NCBI GenBank assembly: GCA_963640185.1
Contig: CAVHXU010000010.1
Location: forward strand, 14,066 to 78,065
Reading direction: 5' to 3'
DNA length: 64,000 nucleotides
Source: Lachnospiraceae bacterium
GTDB lineage: Bacteria > Bacteroidota > Bacteroidia > Bacteroidales > UBA932
Shown: piece after piece, positions 1-9,461 of the stretch
Numbering within the stretch: the stretch's first letter is position 1
Layout of the letters: each line of letters starts with the position of its first letter
Program-made: the position numbers and the translations under genes
The notes under the pieces: generated by a model
Seen by the model: only the letters and a program-made list of their open reading frames with translations
The model's database searches: none
Told to the model about the DNA's origin: nothing

Positions 1-1650
1 CGGGAAAGCTGAGCCAGCCTTCCTGAACAAGCCCCCGCGAGACTCCCTGTCAAGAGGAATCTCACCGAGGAACGGCACTGAAACGGCCTCCTTGATCTCC
101 CGGCGGCTGCGCACCCTGTTGTCCAGGAAGAGCAGCAGAAGCAATATCACGGCAGGGACAGCCAGGCCCACGGCGAACCCGAGCAGCAACAGACGGTTGC
201 GGGAAGGATAAATGGGAGCGTCACTCCCGTCCGGAGAATCCAGTATCTGCACATTGTTGTCGGCCATAGCCTGTGACAGGGCATTTTCCTCGCGGCGGTT
301 GAGGAGGAACATATACAGAGTCTCCTTGATCTTCTGCTGACGCTCGATGGAGAGCATCTGACGCTGTTTGGCCGGGATGGAAGAAACGCTCGCCACCGCC
401 CTGTCCTCACGGCCCTTAAGGTCGTCTATACGCGCGGTCACGCTGCGGCGGTAGTTGTCAGCCGCACGGATGATGTTCTGACGCATCTGGCCGAGGACAG
501 ACTCCAGCTCGCTCACCACGGGGTTGTTCCCGCCTCCGTCGGCTACCAGCCGGTTGCAGCGGAGACGGATGGAATTGTACTGCCCTATCTGGGTCTCGAC
601 ATTCATATTGCTCAGACCCGTGTTCGAAGGTATGAGTTCGTCCTTTTTCTGCGGGTCCGAGAGATAGTCCCGGATGTAGTCCACAAGCTGCAGCTGAGAC
701 TCCAGATCCATCATCTCGGTGCTGTAGGTATGGGACTCGGACATATACTGCGAGGCCGAGGAACTCAGGTCGATAATCCGGTTGTCCCGCTTGAAGTCCT
801 CCAGCTGCATCTCCACTCCGTCCAGCTCGTTCTCTATGATCATCAGCCTGTCGTTGATGAAGTCCGCGGTATTTATAGCGACCTGATTCTTGTCCCGGAG
901 AGACTCCTCGTTATAGACGGTGATGAGCGTCGTGAGGAAATCCTCGGCCCGGAGCGGGGAGGAATCCTTGAGCGAAATCTTCAGAATCGAGGCGTCGTCC
1001 TCTTCCTGACGGATGGCGAGATTGGCCTGATAGTAAGCCACCATCGACTTCATCGAAGCCTTGCGCACCGCGACGGGGATGTTGTATGAATCCGGTGAAT
1101 AACGGGATGTAGGCAGCACGACAAAAGGGACTCCGTTTATGCGCACCGTGTCCCCGAGAGCCGTGACAAAGCCCCGCTCCCCCTCTGCATCTGTGATCCG
1201 GACACTTACGGAATCCAGCGGCGTCACGTGCAGGGAAGCCGACACGAAATCGGGTCTGTCCGGGAAAACGACCCTGACCGGAGACAGCCTGTAGAGCTCG
1301 ACCTCGCGGAGACCGGATTTCTGTGTGTAGCTGACATCCGCGCCCACTCTGCGGATCACGGAAGAAAGCAGGTTCCTGGACTGGAAGCGATAGATCTCGT
1401 TGGTGACGTTCACTTTGTTGATGTAGCTGTCGTAGCGGTCGAGACTCGCCGAATAGGTCTTGTTGGAAGGATCCTTGACGAACACCGTAGCCTGCTTGAA
1501 ATAGACAAGAGGTGAGGTGGAGTAGCGGTACCAGGCCACACCGACGCAGATCGCGACGGCAAGGACGAACCAGTGCCATTTGGACAGCATAAACAGCAGC
1601 ATATCGACGAGGTTGACGCTGCCGCTCCTTTTATTGTTGGTCGTTGACAT
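1..1650 (-). CDS. wzc: Polysaccharide chain-length determinant / tyrosine autokinase (Wzc/GumC-like), runs off the window start
   Basis: Not in the ORF track. Manual translation from ATG at 1650 gives MSTTNNKRSGSVNLVDMLLFMLSKWHWFVLAVAICVGVAWYRY (Wzz-type N-terminal TM segment), followed by a coiled-coil region and a second TM segment near 120-170; lies directly downstream of wza. Confidence 0.85.
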   Translation of the reverse strand, partial: MSTTNNKRSGSVNLVDMLLFMLSKWHWFVLAVAICVGVAWYRYSTSPLVYFKQATVFVKDPSNKTYSASLDRYDSYINKVNVTNEIYRFQSRNLLSSVIRRVGADVSYTQKSGLREVELYRLSPVRVVFPDRPDFVSASLHVTPLDSVSVRITDAEGERGFVTALGDTVRINGVPFVVLPTSRYSPDSYNIPVAVRKASMKSMVAYYQANLAIRQEEDDASILKISLKDSSPLRAEDFLTTLITVYNEESLRDKNQVAINTADFINDRLMIIENELDGVEMQLEDFKRDNRIIDLSSSASQYMSESHTYSTEMMDLESQLQLVDYIRDYLSDPQKKDELIPSNTGLSNMNVETQIGQYNSIRLRCNRLVADGGGNNPVVSELESVLGQMRQNIIRAADNYRRSVTARIDDLKGREDRAVASVSSIPAKQRQMLSIERQQKIKETLYMFLLNRREENALSQAMADNNVQILDSPDGSDAPIYPSRNRLLLLGFAVGLAVPAVILLLLLFLDNRVRSRREIKEAVSVPFLGEIPLDRESRGGLFRKAGSAFP

Positions 1651-1674
1651 TTCCGAATCTTGCAGATTGCTTGG

Positions 1675-2493
1675 TTATTTCCCCCTGAACGCCATAATGG
1701 CCGTGATTATCAGAGCGGCGGAAGACAGCATGGAAGTACCTATGGTCACATACTGGATTGTCCGGCTCTCGGCATCCATTCTCTTGTATCGGGGCTGCAC
1801 ATAGACAATGTCGTTCTGCCGGAGGAAAAACGCCGGCGAGTCGAAAATGTCCTTTTTGCGGATGTCCAGAGTATAAACCTGCCGCTCGCCTCCGCTCTGG
1901 CGTATCACGCACACTCCGTCCATCCTTGCATTCGGAGCGAGGTCTCCGGCACGGGCGAGCGCATCGATCAGAGTCACCCTGTCGCCGTCAACGGAGAACA
2001 CCCCCTTGCTGTTGACCGCCCCCAAGACAGTGTACTTGAAGTTGAGGAACTCCACCACCACACTCGGGTCGTTGATGTAGTTGCCGTCCACGATCCTGTC
2101 TCTGAGCAGTTTGGCGGCCTCTTTCAGGGTCAGCCCCTCCAGATGTACCGGACCGATCAGCGGAAAGACTATGTTTCCGTCCGCATCGACGAGATAGCCG
2201 GAGTTGTCCGAGGCATTCACGGACGAAGACGCGGCCACTCCGCCGTTATCCGCGCTTACAGAAGCGGAATAGGGCGAATTGAACGGCACTGCGAGCTCGG
2301 GGCTCTTGCAGGACACCCGGACGGAGAGGCGGTCATTACGCTGGATGGACGGCTCATAGCGGACATCAGCCGGATAGATGACCCCGGCCTCCAGATCGTT
2401 CAGATATGTGACGCTTTTTGCCGAGCAGGACGCAAGCAGCAGCGCCGTGACTGAAACACAGACAAGATGAAGTTGAGCGGCGATTGTTCGCAT
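1675..2493 (-). CDS. wza: Polysaccharide export outer-membrane lipoprotein (Wza family)
   Basis: Lipobox LLASC, YLVDADGNIVFPLIG poly_export motif, SLBB domain, F.LRQNDIVYVQP. Confidence 0.9.
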   Translation of the reverse strand: MRTIAAQLHLVCVSVTALLLASCSAKSVTYLNDLEAGVIYPADVRYEPSIQRNDRLSVRVSCKSPELAVPFNSPYSASVSADNGGVAASSSVNASDNSGYLVDADGNIVFPLIGPVHLEGLTLKEAAKLLRDRIVDGNYINDPSVVVEFLNFKYTVLGAVNSKGVFSVDGDRVTLIDALARAGDLAPNARMDGVCVIRQSGGERQVYTLDIRKKDIFDSPAFFLRQNDIVYVQPRYKRMDAESRTIQYVTIGTSMLSSAALIITAIMAFRGK

Positions 2494-2537
2494 AACGTAT
2501 CTCGATTAACTGGAAACCCCTGACGGCTTCCGGGGGA

Positions 2538-2545
2538 CAAAGTTA
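2538..2545 (-). promoter_or_regulatory. Bacteroidetes -7 promoter box (TAACTTTG) upstream of wza-wzc
   Basis: Exact TAnnTTTG match 44 nt upstream of the wza start. Confidence 0.65.
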
Positions 2546-2564
2546 ACTCTTTTTCGCGTATTTT

Positions 2565-3536
2565 TCAGTCTCCCCCGCAACTGATTGCAAGCGAGCGGGC
2601 ACAGACAAGTGCCGCATCATCGTCCGGCAGGCAGTCGAGAACGGCGACAGGGACGATGTCGGCTATCTCCGATATGGTGTCGCACATCTCATCATAGGCG
2701 GCCAGATCAAAACGGATCAGCGAACAGCCCGGAAGTATCGCCATAATCGATGAGATCTCGTCGAGGCGGCTCAGACGGTTGAATGAGGCCTGACGCAGCC
2801 GCACCATAGCCCCTACCGGATATGATTCATTGCGGTAGCAGTCCCGGCTTCCGCTCCACGGGCTTCCATAGACTCTCAGCTGATGCCGGCTCGGCACACC
2901 GGGCAGCCGAGGAGAGGAGGATGTGCCGTTGCCCGCGGGGAAAAGACGGATGACCGGGTTGTCGTCGTTGAGAAGCTCAGACCCGGGTATATTCTTGAGC
3001 CACAGACTGGAATGGGTGCTCTTGCCGGTGCCGGACTTTCCCATAAAGAGCAGGCCGCAGCGCCCGGAAGCGCCGTCTGACAATACGGATGCGGGCACCG
3101 ATATGGCAGAAGCGTGGATGGAGACCGCGGCGAACTTGATGCCTATCATCGAGAACCAGACCCTTGCCAACGAGCACAACGCATCTCCCGCACATCTGTC
3201 CGACCAGTCGGGAAGAAACTCTCCGTCTGCACAGCCGGTCCGGAGGTGGAGGCTATGCTTCGGCCCACCGGGGAACATCGCCACTTCCACGAGATAGCCG
3301 TCCGGCACAGAAAACAGGTCGCTGTGCCCCATATCGGTCTCCTGATGTTCAAGCAGTGTCCTCGATCGGAATCCCTGACCGGAGGAAAAGCAGGAGACTT
3401 CTCTCAGCGTCGGCAATGAAGTCCCGGGCTGAGACTGCTTCGGGACGGCAAAAGGCTCAAAGGAGGGCAGCAGAGGCAGGTCTTCCCTGTCCAGCAGACG
3501 AATCTCAAAATCTATGTCGGCGACTCTGTAGCGCAT
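2565..3536 (-). CDS. HPr-kinase/PEPCK-like P-loop protein
   Basis: SIHAS...LFMGKSGTGKSTHSSLW...LLNDDNPVIR...YGSPWSG motifs; ATG at 3536 overlaps the upstream stop codon (TGATG). Confidence 0.75.
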   Translation of the reverse strand: MRYRVADIDFEIRLLDREDLPLLPSFEPFAVPKQSQPGTSLPTLREVSCFSSGQGFRSRTLLEHQETDMGHSDLFSVPDGYLVEVAMFPGGPKHSLHLRTGCADGEFLPDWSDRCAGDALCSLARVWFSMIGIKFAAVSIHASAISVPASVLSDGASGRCGLLFMGKSGTGKSTHSSLWLKNIPGSELLNDDNPVIRLFPAGNGTSSSPRLPGVPSRHQLRVYGSPWSGSRDCYRNESYPVGAMVRLRQASFNRLSRLDEISSIMAILPGCSLIRFDLAAYDEMCDTISEIADIVPVAVLDCLPDDDAALVCARSLAISCGGD

Positions 3537-4729
3537 CAGAACAGTTCCCCCACGGTATGAAGCCACTCCCTCGGAGCATATTTCAGCGAAAACGGCAGAT
3601 TCCTGACAAAAGCTGCGGCAGTGTTGATGCGGCGGGACAGATGACGGGACTCCGTCGGAGCGGGCTGCTGCGCCTCGGAGACATAGCGCACCCGCGAAGC
3701 CGCGAACCGGCCGAAGTTCCCGCCCCGGCGTATGATGCGCATCAGAGTGTCCGGATTCTCCCGGAGGGAGGACCGGTACGGGAGATATTCCTGCGGAAGC
3801 CCAAGACTTTTCACCATAAAGGAGAACAGAAGGTCGTTCCAGCGGAGAAGCCCAGCCATTGAGCAGAGACTTCTGAAGTGATGAGGGTCAATGTCACCGT
3901 GGTGATACCGGCAGGCCACCGCCATATCACAGATCTGTCTGAGCCCGATGCCCAGCCCCATACAATGCTTCAGAATATGGGCACTCAGCATAAGCAGTTC
4001 AGCCTCGGGTGACGGCAGCATTATGCTCCGATCGGCAGGGGCGTCCGCCGCCGGCACTTCCTGCAATATATCGGACAGGGGCAGATCGCGCCTCGAGTCA
4101 GAGAAAGCGGACTGAATCTCCACATCCACGCCTGACAGCTCGAAATGGATCGTGCCGTCCGGGGAACGTGACAGGTCGCAGCCATTGCGCACGGCCATTT
4201 CCGCCACTTTGTCCCTATGTCCGGAGTCCGGTATGTACAGATCAATGTCTCCGCATTCGCGCTGCTCAGGCACCGGATACATCCTCGCCACGGACTGTCC
4301 TTTTTTGAGCACTGCCCGGACTCCGGATTTGCCGAACGACCTGTCAAGAGTCTGAAGCACCTTGTCCGTGAGGCGGTTGCGCCGCTCTATACCGTTCAGG
4401 GCGGCTGTCCATTCCGTGATAAGGGAGTCCTGCGGGAGGGAGGCGTCAGGGCACGACCCCTTGGCAGCCATAGTTTCCAACAATACGCTCAATCCCTGCC
4501 ACGCGACGCCTCTCACCGTCTGCCGGGAGGCAAGATCATAGACACCCTGCCAGTCAATCGGGAATTGGGCAACTGTAGCAGAGGAGAGGACGGCCGAAAA
4601 TGACTCCGCGTCCCCGGAAGTCTCCGGAAACAGGGCGAGCCTGACGAGATGGAGCAGAACCGCCTCGGTGTCCGGCGATTCCGGCTTCTTCACCCGGCAT
4701 TCCGCCGGTTTGTTCCCCGATTTCAGCAT
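3536..4729 (-). CDS. Nucleotidyltransferase family protein (NTP_transf_5-like)
   Basis: LKKGQSVARMYP..QRECGDIDLY and GIGLRQICD motifs. Confidence 0.85.
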   Translation of the reverse strand: MLKSGNKPAECRVKKPESPDTEAVLLHLVRLALFPETSGDAESFSAVLSSATVAQFPIDWQGVYDLASRQTVRGVAWQGLSVLLETMAAKGSCPDASLPQDSLITEWTAALNGIERRNRLTDKVLQTLDRSFGKSGVRAVLKKGQSVARMYPVPEQRECGDIDLYIPDSGHRDKVAEMAVRNGCDLSRSPDGTIHFELSGVDVEIQSAFSDSRRDLPLSDILQEVPAADAPADRSIMLPSPEAELLMLSAHILKHCMGLGIGLRQICDMAVACRYHHGDIDPHHFRSLCSMAGLLRWNDLLFSFMVKSLGLPQEYLPYRSSLRENPDTLMRIIRRGGNFGRFAASRVRYVSEAQQPAPTESRHLSRRINTAAAFVRNLPFSLKYAPREWLHTVGELF

Positions 4730-4799
4730 TGTCGTGAAACTGCTTTCAGTGTCAGCATATAAAACCCGCGTTCGGTGCAGAAATGCACCTGCACGATGT

Positions 4800-5093
4800 T
4801 CAGACCGCGGAGGGGTTGTCCGAAGCTATCAGCCCATAGTCCTGCCACACGGACACTGTCTTCGCGACATCGCCGGCGGCGACATCTTCAGGAATCTTAT
4901 AGGCCTCACACAGCCAGGAGACCATATCTGCTGCCGAAAACTCCTGTCCGGCAGCCCTTTCCCAGAGGTAAGCCGCCGATTCGTTCAGAGTGAACACCTC
5001 AGTGTCGCCGTTTCCGGAAGAGAGAGAAACGGGAGCCACGATGATGTATTTCCTGCCTATCTTGCGCAGTTTGAGTCCTGGAACGAGTCTCAT
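4800..5093 (-). CDS. PqqD-family (RiPP recognition element-like) protein
   Basis: 97 aa with LRKIG..YIIV, LNESAAYLWE, LCEAY.I and A..DV...V..W...GLI. Confidence 0.85.
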   Translation of the reverse strand: MRLVPGLKLRKIGRKYIIVAPVSLSSGNGDTEVFTLNESAAYLWERAAGQEFSAADMVSWLCEAYKIPEDVAAGDVAKTVSVWQDYGLIASDNPSAV

Positions 5094-5108
5094 ATCAGCA
5101 ATTTCCCG

Positions 5109-5759
5109 TCAGAATTTCTTGCCTGTGACTATGAAAAACACAGTCTTGGCCATTATCTCCACATCGGTCGCGACAGAGTGGTGGTCGAGATAGTCCAGAT
5201 CCATATCCAGCCGGCGGAGCATCTTCTCGATCGTGTCGGTGTAGCCGTTGTAGAGCGTCGCATAGGAGAATGTCCCTGGCCGCATCACGAAGAGCCGCAC
5301 ATAGTCCGGATTGCGTTCCATAATCATATTGATGTAGAAACGGCGTTCCGGACGGTAGCCCACAAAGGACATATCCCCGATGAAAATGTTCCAGAGCTGG
5401 GGCATCTCATCTATGTGGTGCTCACGGATGAAACGGCCGACCTTAGTCAGACGCGGATCTTCCGCACCGCAGCACAACTGAGCCGTGCCGACATCCTCGG
5501 CATTTATCTTCATAGAGCGGAACTTGTAGAGAGTGAAGGGCTTGGCGTTGCGGCCTATACGCTCCTGCGAGAAGATGGCGGGACCGCCGTCCTCGAGCTT
5601 GACTGCAATCCAGAGACACAGGTACAGCGGAGAGGTCAGGATCAGGCACAGCCCGGACGCGCAGATGTCAAAAACCCTCTTGGCCGCCAGAAACAGCAGC
5701 TCGGAATAAGACACCTGCGGATTAAGTTCCCAGATTAGAAATCTTCTTTTTTGCTTCAT
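5109..5759 (-). CDS. Priming undecaprenyl-phosphate sugar transferase (Bac_transf)
   Basis: KRVFDI, YKFRSM, DPRLTKVGRFIR..HIDEMPQLWN..GDMSFVG.RPE. Confidence 0.92.
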   Translation of the reverse strand: MKQKRRFLIWELNPQVSYSELLFLAAKRVFDICASGLCLILTSPLYLCLWIAVKLEDGGPAIFSQERIGRNAKPFTLYKFRSMKINAEDVGTAQLCCGAEDPRLTKVGRFIREHHIDEMPQLWNIFIGDMSFVGYRPERRFYINMIMERNPDYVRLFVMRPGTFSYATLYNGYTDTIEKMLRRLDMDLDYLDHHSVATDVEIMAKTVFFIVTGKKF

Positions 5760-5809
5760 CGCTTTCGTTAGCAGAAATCAGCGGGTCGAAACGCCCGAGA
5801 GGCCGATTT

Positions 5810-6979
5810 CTAAGATCGGATGCAAAGATAGTACATTTTCAGGCAATCGTCGATCATCCGGTCGTATTCGAACATCTCCACGAACCTCTGCTCCGCACGG
5901 CGGGAATACTCGGCGCGAGTCTGCGGGTCTTCCGTCAGCGCAAGCACGGCGTCGGCAAGGGCTTTGGAATCACGTGGAGCCACCACCAGGCCCGAATCAC
6001 CGTCCCTGTTCACCCAAGGCACTCCGGAGCCGGGAATGTCGCAGGATATGACGGGCGTGCCGCAGGACATCGCCTCTATCTGCACTATGCCGAAGGCCTC
6101 AGATTTCTGCACAGAACTGAGACAGAACACATCCGCCGCACCGAACCAGGTCGGGATATCCTCATCCGGGACACGGCCGAGGAAGACGACTCTCCCGTGC
6201 GGGTGTGAAACGGTCTGAGCCATCCGGGCCGACAGGGATTCCAATTCTTCCCGGAGCGGCCCTGTCCCGCCGATCGCCACAAGATAGTCTTCCGGAAGCC
6301 GACAGGCCGCCTCGACCAGATAGCGCAACCCCTTGTAGGGAACGAGTCTTCCAAGCGAGAACACTATTCTGCACCCCGGATATTCTGCGCGGAGCGCGGC
6401 CACCTTCTCCGGAGACGGCTCCAGACGCCGGACTCCGATAGGCAGCGAAATCAGAGGCTTGACCGCGGAAGTGACTTTACCCAAAGCGGCGGCAAGGTCT
6501 GGAGACTGCTGCAGATAGACAGGGCTCGTCCCCACGATGATGTCCGCTCGGCGGATAAGCCAATTCTGCAGAGGCCGGTAAAACTTCAGCAACAGGCGCT
6601 GGCTCACCACGTCTGAGTGCCAGTGCAGCACCACCTTTCCTTTCCAGCCGCTCAGGAAGAGGGCGAGAGCTGCCATAGGGTCGGGATGATGGATGTGGAC
6701 TATGTCGTAGCGGGATTGACCCAAAAGCCTCCTCGCCTCCACTATCATACGCGGAGAGATCATAGTACCGGCGCGTTTGGCCCAAGTGCGGCAGATGATG
6801 AGCGTGGCATTGTCCGCCGCTTTCTTTCTCACGACTCCGGTCCCGAGACTCCCGTCGGCATCGGCGCAAAGCATATCGGCCTGCACCCCGCGCTCAGAGA
6901 GTCCGGTGACGAGGTCATACATCACTTTCTCGATTCCTCCGTAAACCGGATAAAACTTGCCTATATGCAGAACTTTCAT
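5810..6979 (-). CDS. Glycosyltransferase family 4
   Basis: MKVLHIGKFYP..GGIE, GRLVPYKG, EAFGIVQIEAM; start taken at MKVLH. Confidence 0.9.
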   Translation of the reverse strand: MKVLHIGKFYPVYGGIEKVMYDLVTGLSERGVQADMLCADADGSLGTGVVRKKAADNATLIICRTWAKRAGTMISPRMIVEARRLLGQSRYDIVHIHHPDPMAALALFLSGWKGKVVLHWHSDVVSQRLLLKFYRPLQNWLIRRADIIVGTSPVYLQQSPDLAAALGKVTSAVKPLISLPIGVRRLEPSPEKVAALRAEYPGCRIVFSLGRLVPYKGLRYLVEAACRLPEDYLVAIGGTGPLREELESLSARMAQTVSHPHGRVVFLGRVPDEDIPTWFGAADVFCLSSVQKSEAFGIVQIEAMSCGTPVISCDIPGSGVPWVNRDGDSGLVVAPRDSKALADAVLALTEDPQTRAEYSRRAEQRFVEMFEYDRMIDDCLKMYYLCIRS

Positions 6980-7010
6980 AGTCAGTATCTGGGAAATCAT
7001 TGTGAGAAAC

Positions 7011-9461
7011 CTAAGAGCGGGTCAGCAGTTCTTCGTAGAGGGAGAAATACTCCGAATATCTGTCCTCCTTGCGGAACCGGTCAAGAGCATACTGCCTCAA
7101 CCGGGGGACAAAATGTTCCTTTCCGACGGATGAAATCTCCCGGAAACGCCTGTAGGCCTCAGCATAATCGCCCTGAGGAACTATATAGCCGGCATCAGGA
7201 CCTTCCTCCACCGCCTCGACGCTTCCGCCTGTGCGATAGGTGATGACAGGAGTGCCGCAGGAGATGGATTCGAGATTCACCGTAGGATAATTGTCCTGAT
7301 ATGTGAAATTAACAAATGCATCGGCAGCACTGTAAAGAGCGGCTAGTTGGGCAAGGTTTTCAGTGCGCCCGATCCCGAGAACGCCGGATGGCAGGGCGGC
7401 TCTCTGCGCTTCGCTCACCCCTACGACGACAAGGACTTCCTCCGAAAGGTTGAACAGCCCCGCGAATGCCGACAAATCATCCCAGCCCTTTTCAGCACTC
7501 CATATACTTGCCACGGCAAGGCAGATATGCCTGTCCCCGAGGGAATAGCTTTGCCGCAGAGCTGTGACCCTGTCCGGTGAAGCCGGAGCAAATGCCGAGG
7601 TGTCTATTCCATTGTGAATCACCCGGCAGCGGCAGCCTTTGAGAAACGAACGGCCGATCTCTCCGCGCATCCAGTCAGACACCGCCACAATCGTCAGCTG
7701 GCCCTCTTTCAGACTTGTAAACGCAGCCCGCTTGTCTTTCCAGTTCCGGGCAGAGCGGTCAAAAAGGAGCGATGCCGGAAACTGCCGTTTCTGGGGACAG
7801 TGCCCGCAGCCTCCTGAAGCGGAACCGTCCTGTCGCACCTGCCATTTGTAACACCCGGCAAACGCATAATGATAGCAATGCCCGGTGTAAAGCCAGCAGT
7901 CGTGCACCGTCCAGACCACAGGAATGCTGGACGAGCGTAAGTATTTGAAAAACAACGGATAATTCAGAAAATATCCGTGGATGTTGTGGAGCTGTATTAT
8001 GCTGGGAGAGATCTTTTTTATCCGGGAAATCAAACGCAGTGTCGCCAAGCCGGAGCTGAGTCCGTGGCGGTCAAAAACTCTGGTCATCAGCCCGTGACAG
8101 GCGACACTCAATCGCGAACCCACAGGCACTGCCTCCGACAGTCCGCATTCCTGCCGACGGCCTGCATCACGGCCTGCGCTGTATGCAATGTAGGATTTCC
8201 ATCCCCTGCTCACGGCCAGGTCCCCGATCTCCCGCATAATGCGTCCGGTAGAAGTGTTCCGGCGGACAACCGGATTGATCTGGAGAAGCGTGCGCTCCCG
8301 CCGCGTCAAAGAATTGAACAGTCTCATCCATTGCCCCATAATCCGCTCCTCGGAATACCGCTCCCCCACTTTTGCCGCTTCAAACGACATTTCCCTCCGC
8401 AGATCATCATCCCGCATCAGCTTTTTCATAGCCCAAGCAAGCCCCGCCACATCTCCCTCTCTGACCAGCAGGCCGTTGACTCCGTCATCGACTATATCCT
8501 TGGGACCGCATTTGCAGTCGAACGAGACTGCCGGAAGCCCGCAAGCCATCGCCTCGATCATCACCATCGGCAAACCCTCGTAATGGGAGCTCATCACGAA
8601 CAGGGAACTCGACAGGTATTCCGGGATTATGTCCGGTGTGGGAGGGTGGACGGTCATCCTGTCTTCGAGTCCATAGTCGGCAGCCATCTGCAGGAGGCGG
8701 GACTTCCATTCCCCCTGTCCGAAAATGTCCAGATGCCAGCCGCGCAGGCGTTCGTCCCCGCACACGATCCTCCAGGCATCTATCAGCCTGTCAAAGCCCT
8801 TCTGATAGTCGAGCCGGCCGACCGCCATAACCCTCTTGGGGCGTTCGCGGACAAAATCCGCAGGAGCCAGAGACGCGACAGCGGAAGTCAGAGATTCAGG
8901 GACTGCATTCGGAATCACCTCCATATCGGGAAGCTGCCCCCAATCCCCCGCATCCTCCCGGGTCAATACCACGAACTTGTCGAACTTCCTCACAAGCCGC
9001 AGGTCAGAGCTGTGCCTGAGTCTGTCCGCCAGTCCGAGCAGACCGCCCCTCGCATACTGAAGCCGGAAAAAACGCCCTTGATGCAGTTCAAGCACTTTTT
9101 TGCTCCCGTCCTTGATGTCCGGAATGAACGAAGACTCGCAGGGGAAAAGCGACACCACTATGTCCGCCTTTTCTTTCAGCAACAGCTCCGTGAGCAGACG
9201 GCGGTGTTTCCGTCGGCGTCTGAGATAGCCCAAAGTCTTGGCTATGGGGTTCTTGCCATTGTCATCGGAATAGTTCACCCCCAGATCGATCATCCTGACC
9301 CTGTCCGGAAACTCATAGAAAGGAGGTCTGCCGTGCTGGTCCGTAGTGACTACGGCCAACTCACAGTCCGTGCGCTCCGCCAGCCAGCGCAGCTTGTTCA
9401 GAGTCACTCTCTCCATCCCGCCGGGATTATAGACAGAGTGTATGCAGTAGATGATTTTCAC
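7011..9461 (-). CDS. Double glycosyltransferase: two GT4-type (GT-B) enzymes fused
   Basis: Domain 1 GGMERV...GRLDYQKG...YEGLPMVMIEAM; domain 2 LLQIN...STGRI...LHNIHG...DNYPTVNLESI. Confidence 0.88.
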   Translation of the reverse strand: MKIIYCIHSVYNPGGMERVTLNKLRWLAERTDCELAVVTTDQHGRPPFYEFPDRVRMIDLGVNYSDDNGKNPIAKTLGYLRRRRKHRRLLTELLLKEKADIVVSLFPCESSFIPDIKDGSKKVLELHQGRFFRLQYARGGLLGLADRLRHSSDLRLVRKFDKFVVLTREDAGDWGQLPDMEVIPNAVPESLTSAVASLAPADFVRERPKRVMAVGRLDYQKGFDRLIDAWRIVCGDERLRGWHLDIFGQGEWKSRLLQMAADYGLEDRMTVHPPTPDIIPEYLSSSLFVMSSHYEGLPMVMIEAMACGLPAVSFDCKCGPKDIVDDGVNGLLVREGDVAGLAWAMKKLMRDDDLRREMSFEAAKVGERYSEERIMGQWMRLFNSLTRRERTLLQINPVVRRNTSTGRIMREIGDLAVSRGWKSYIAYSAGRDAGRRQECGLSEAVPVGSRLSVACHGLMTRVFDRHGLSSGLATLRLISRIKKISPSIIQLHNIHGYFLNYPLFFKYLRSSSIPVVWTVHDCWLYTGHCYHYAFAGCYKWQVRQDGSASGGCGHCPQKRQFPASLLFDRSARNWKDKRAAFTSLKEGQLTIVAVSDWMRGEIGRSFLKGCRCRVIHNGIDTSAFAPASPDRVTALRQSYSLGDRHICLAVASIWSAEKGWDDLSAFAGLFNLSEEVLVVVGVSEAQRAALPSGVLGIGRTENLAQLAALYSAADAFVNFTYQDNYPTVNLESISCGTPVITYRTGGSVEAVEEGPDAGYIVPQGDYAEAYRRFREISSVGKEHFVPRLRQYALDRFRKEDRYSEYFSLYEELLTRS

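Noticed and set aside
911..1579. 222-aa and other short ORF-track calls within 1-1650
   Set aside because: Alternative frames of wzc, which the track missed because it runs off the window
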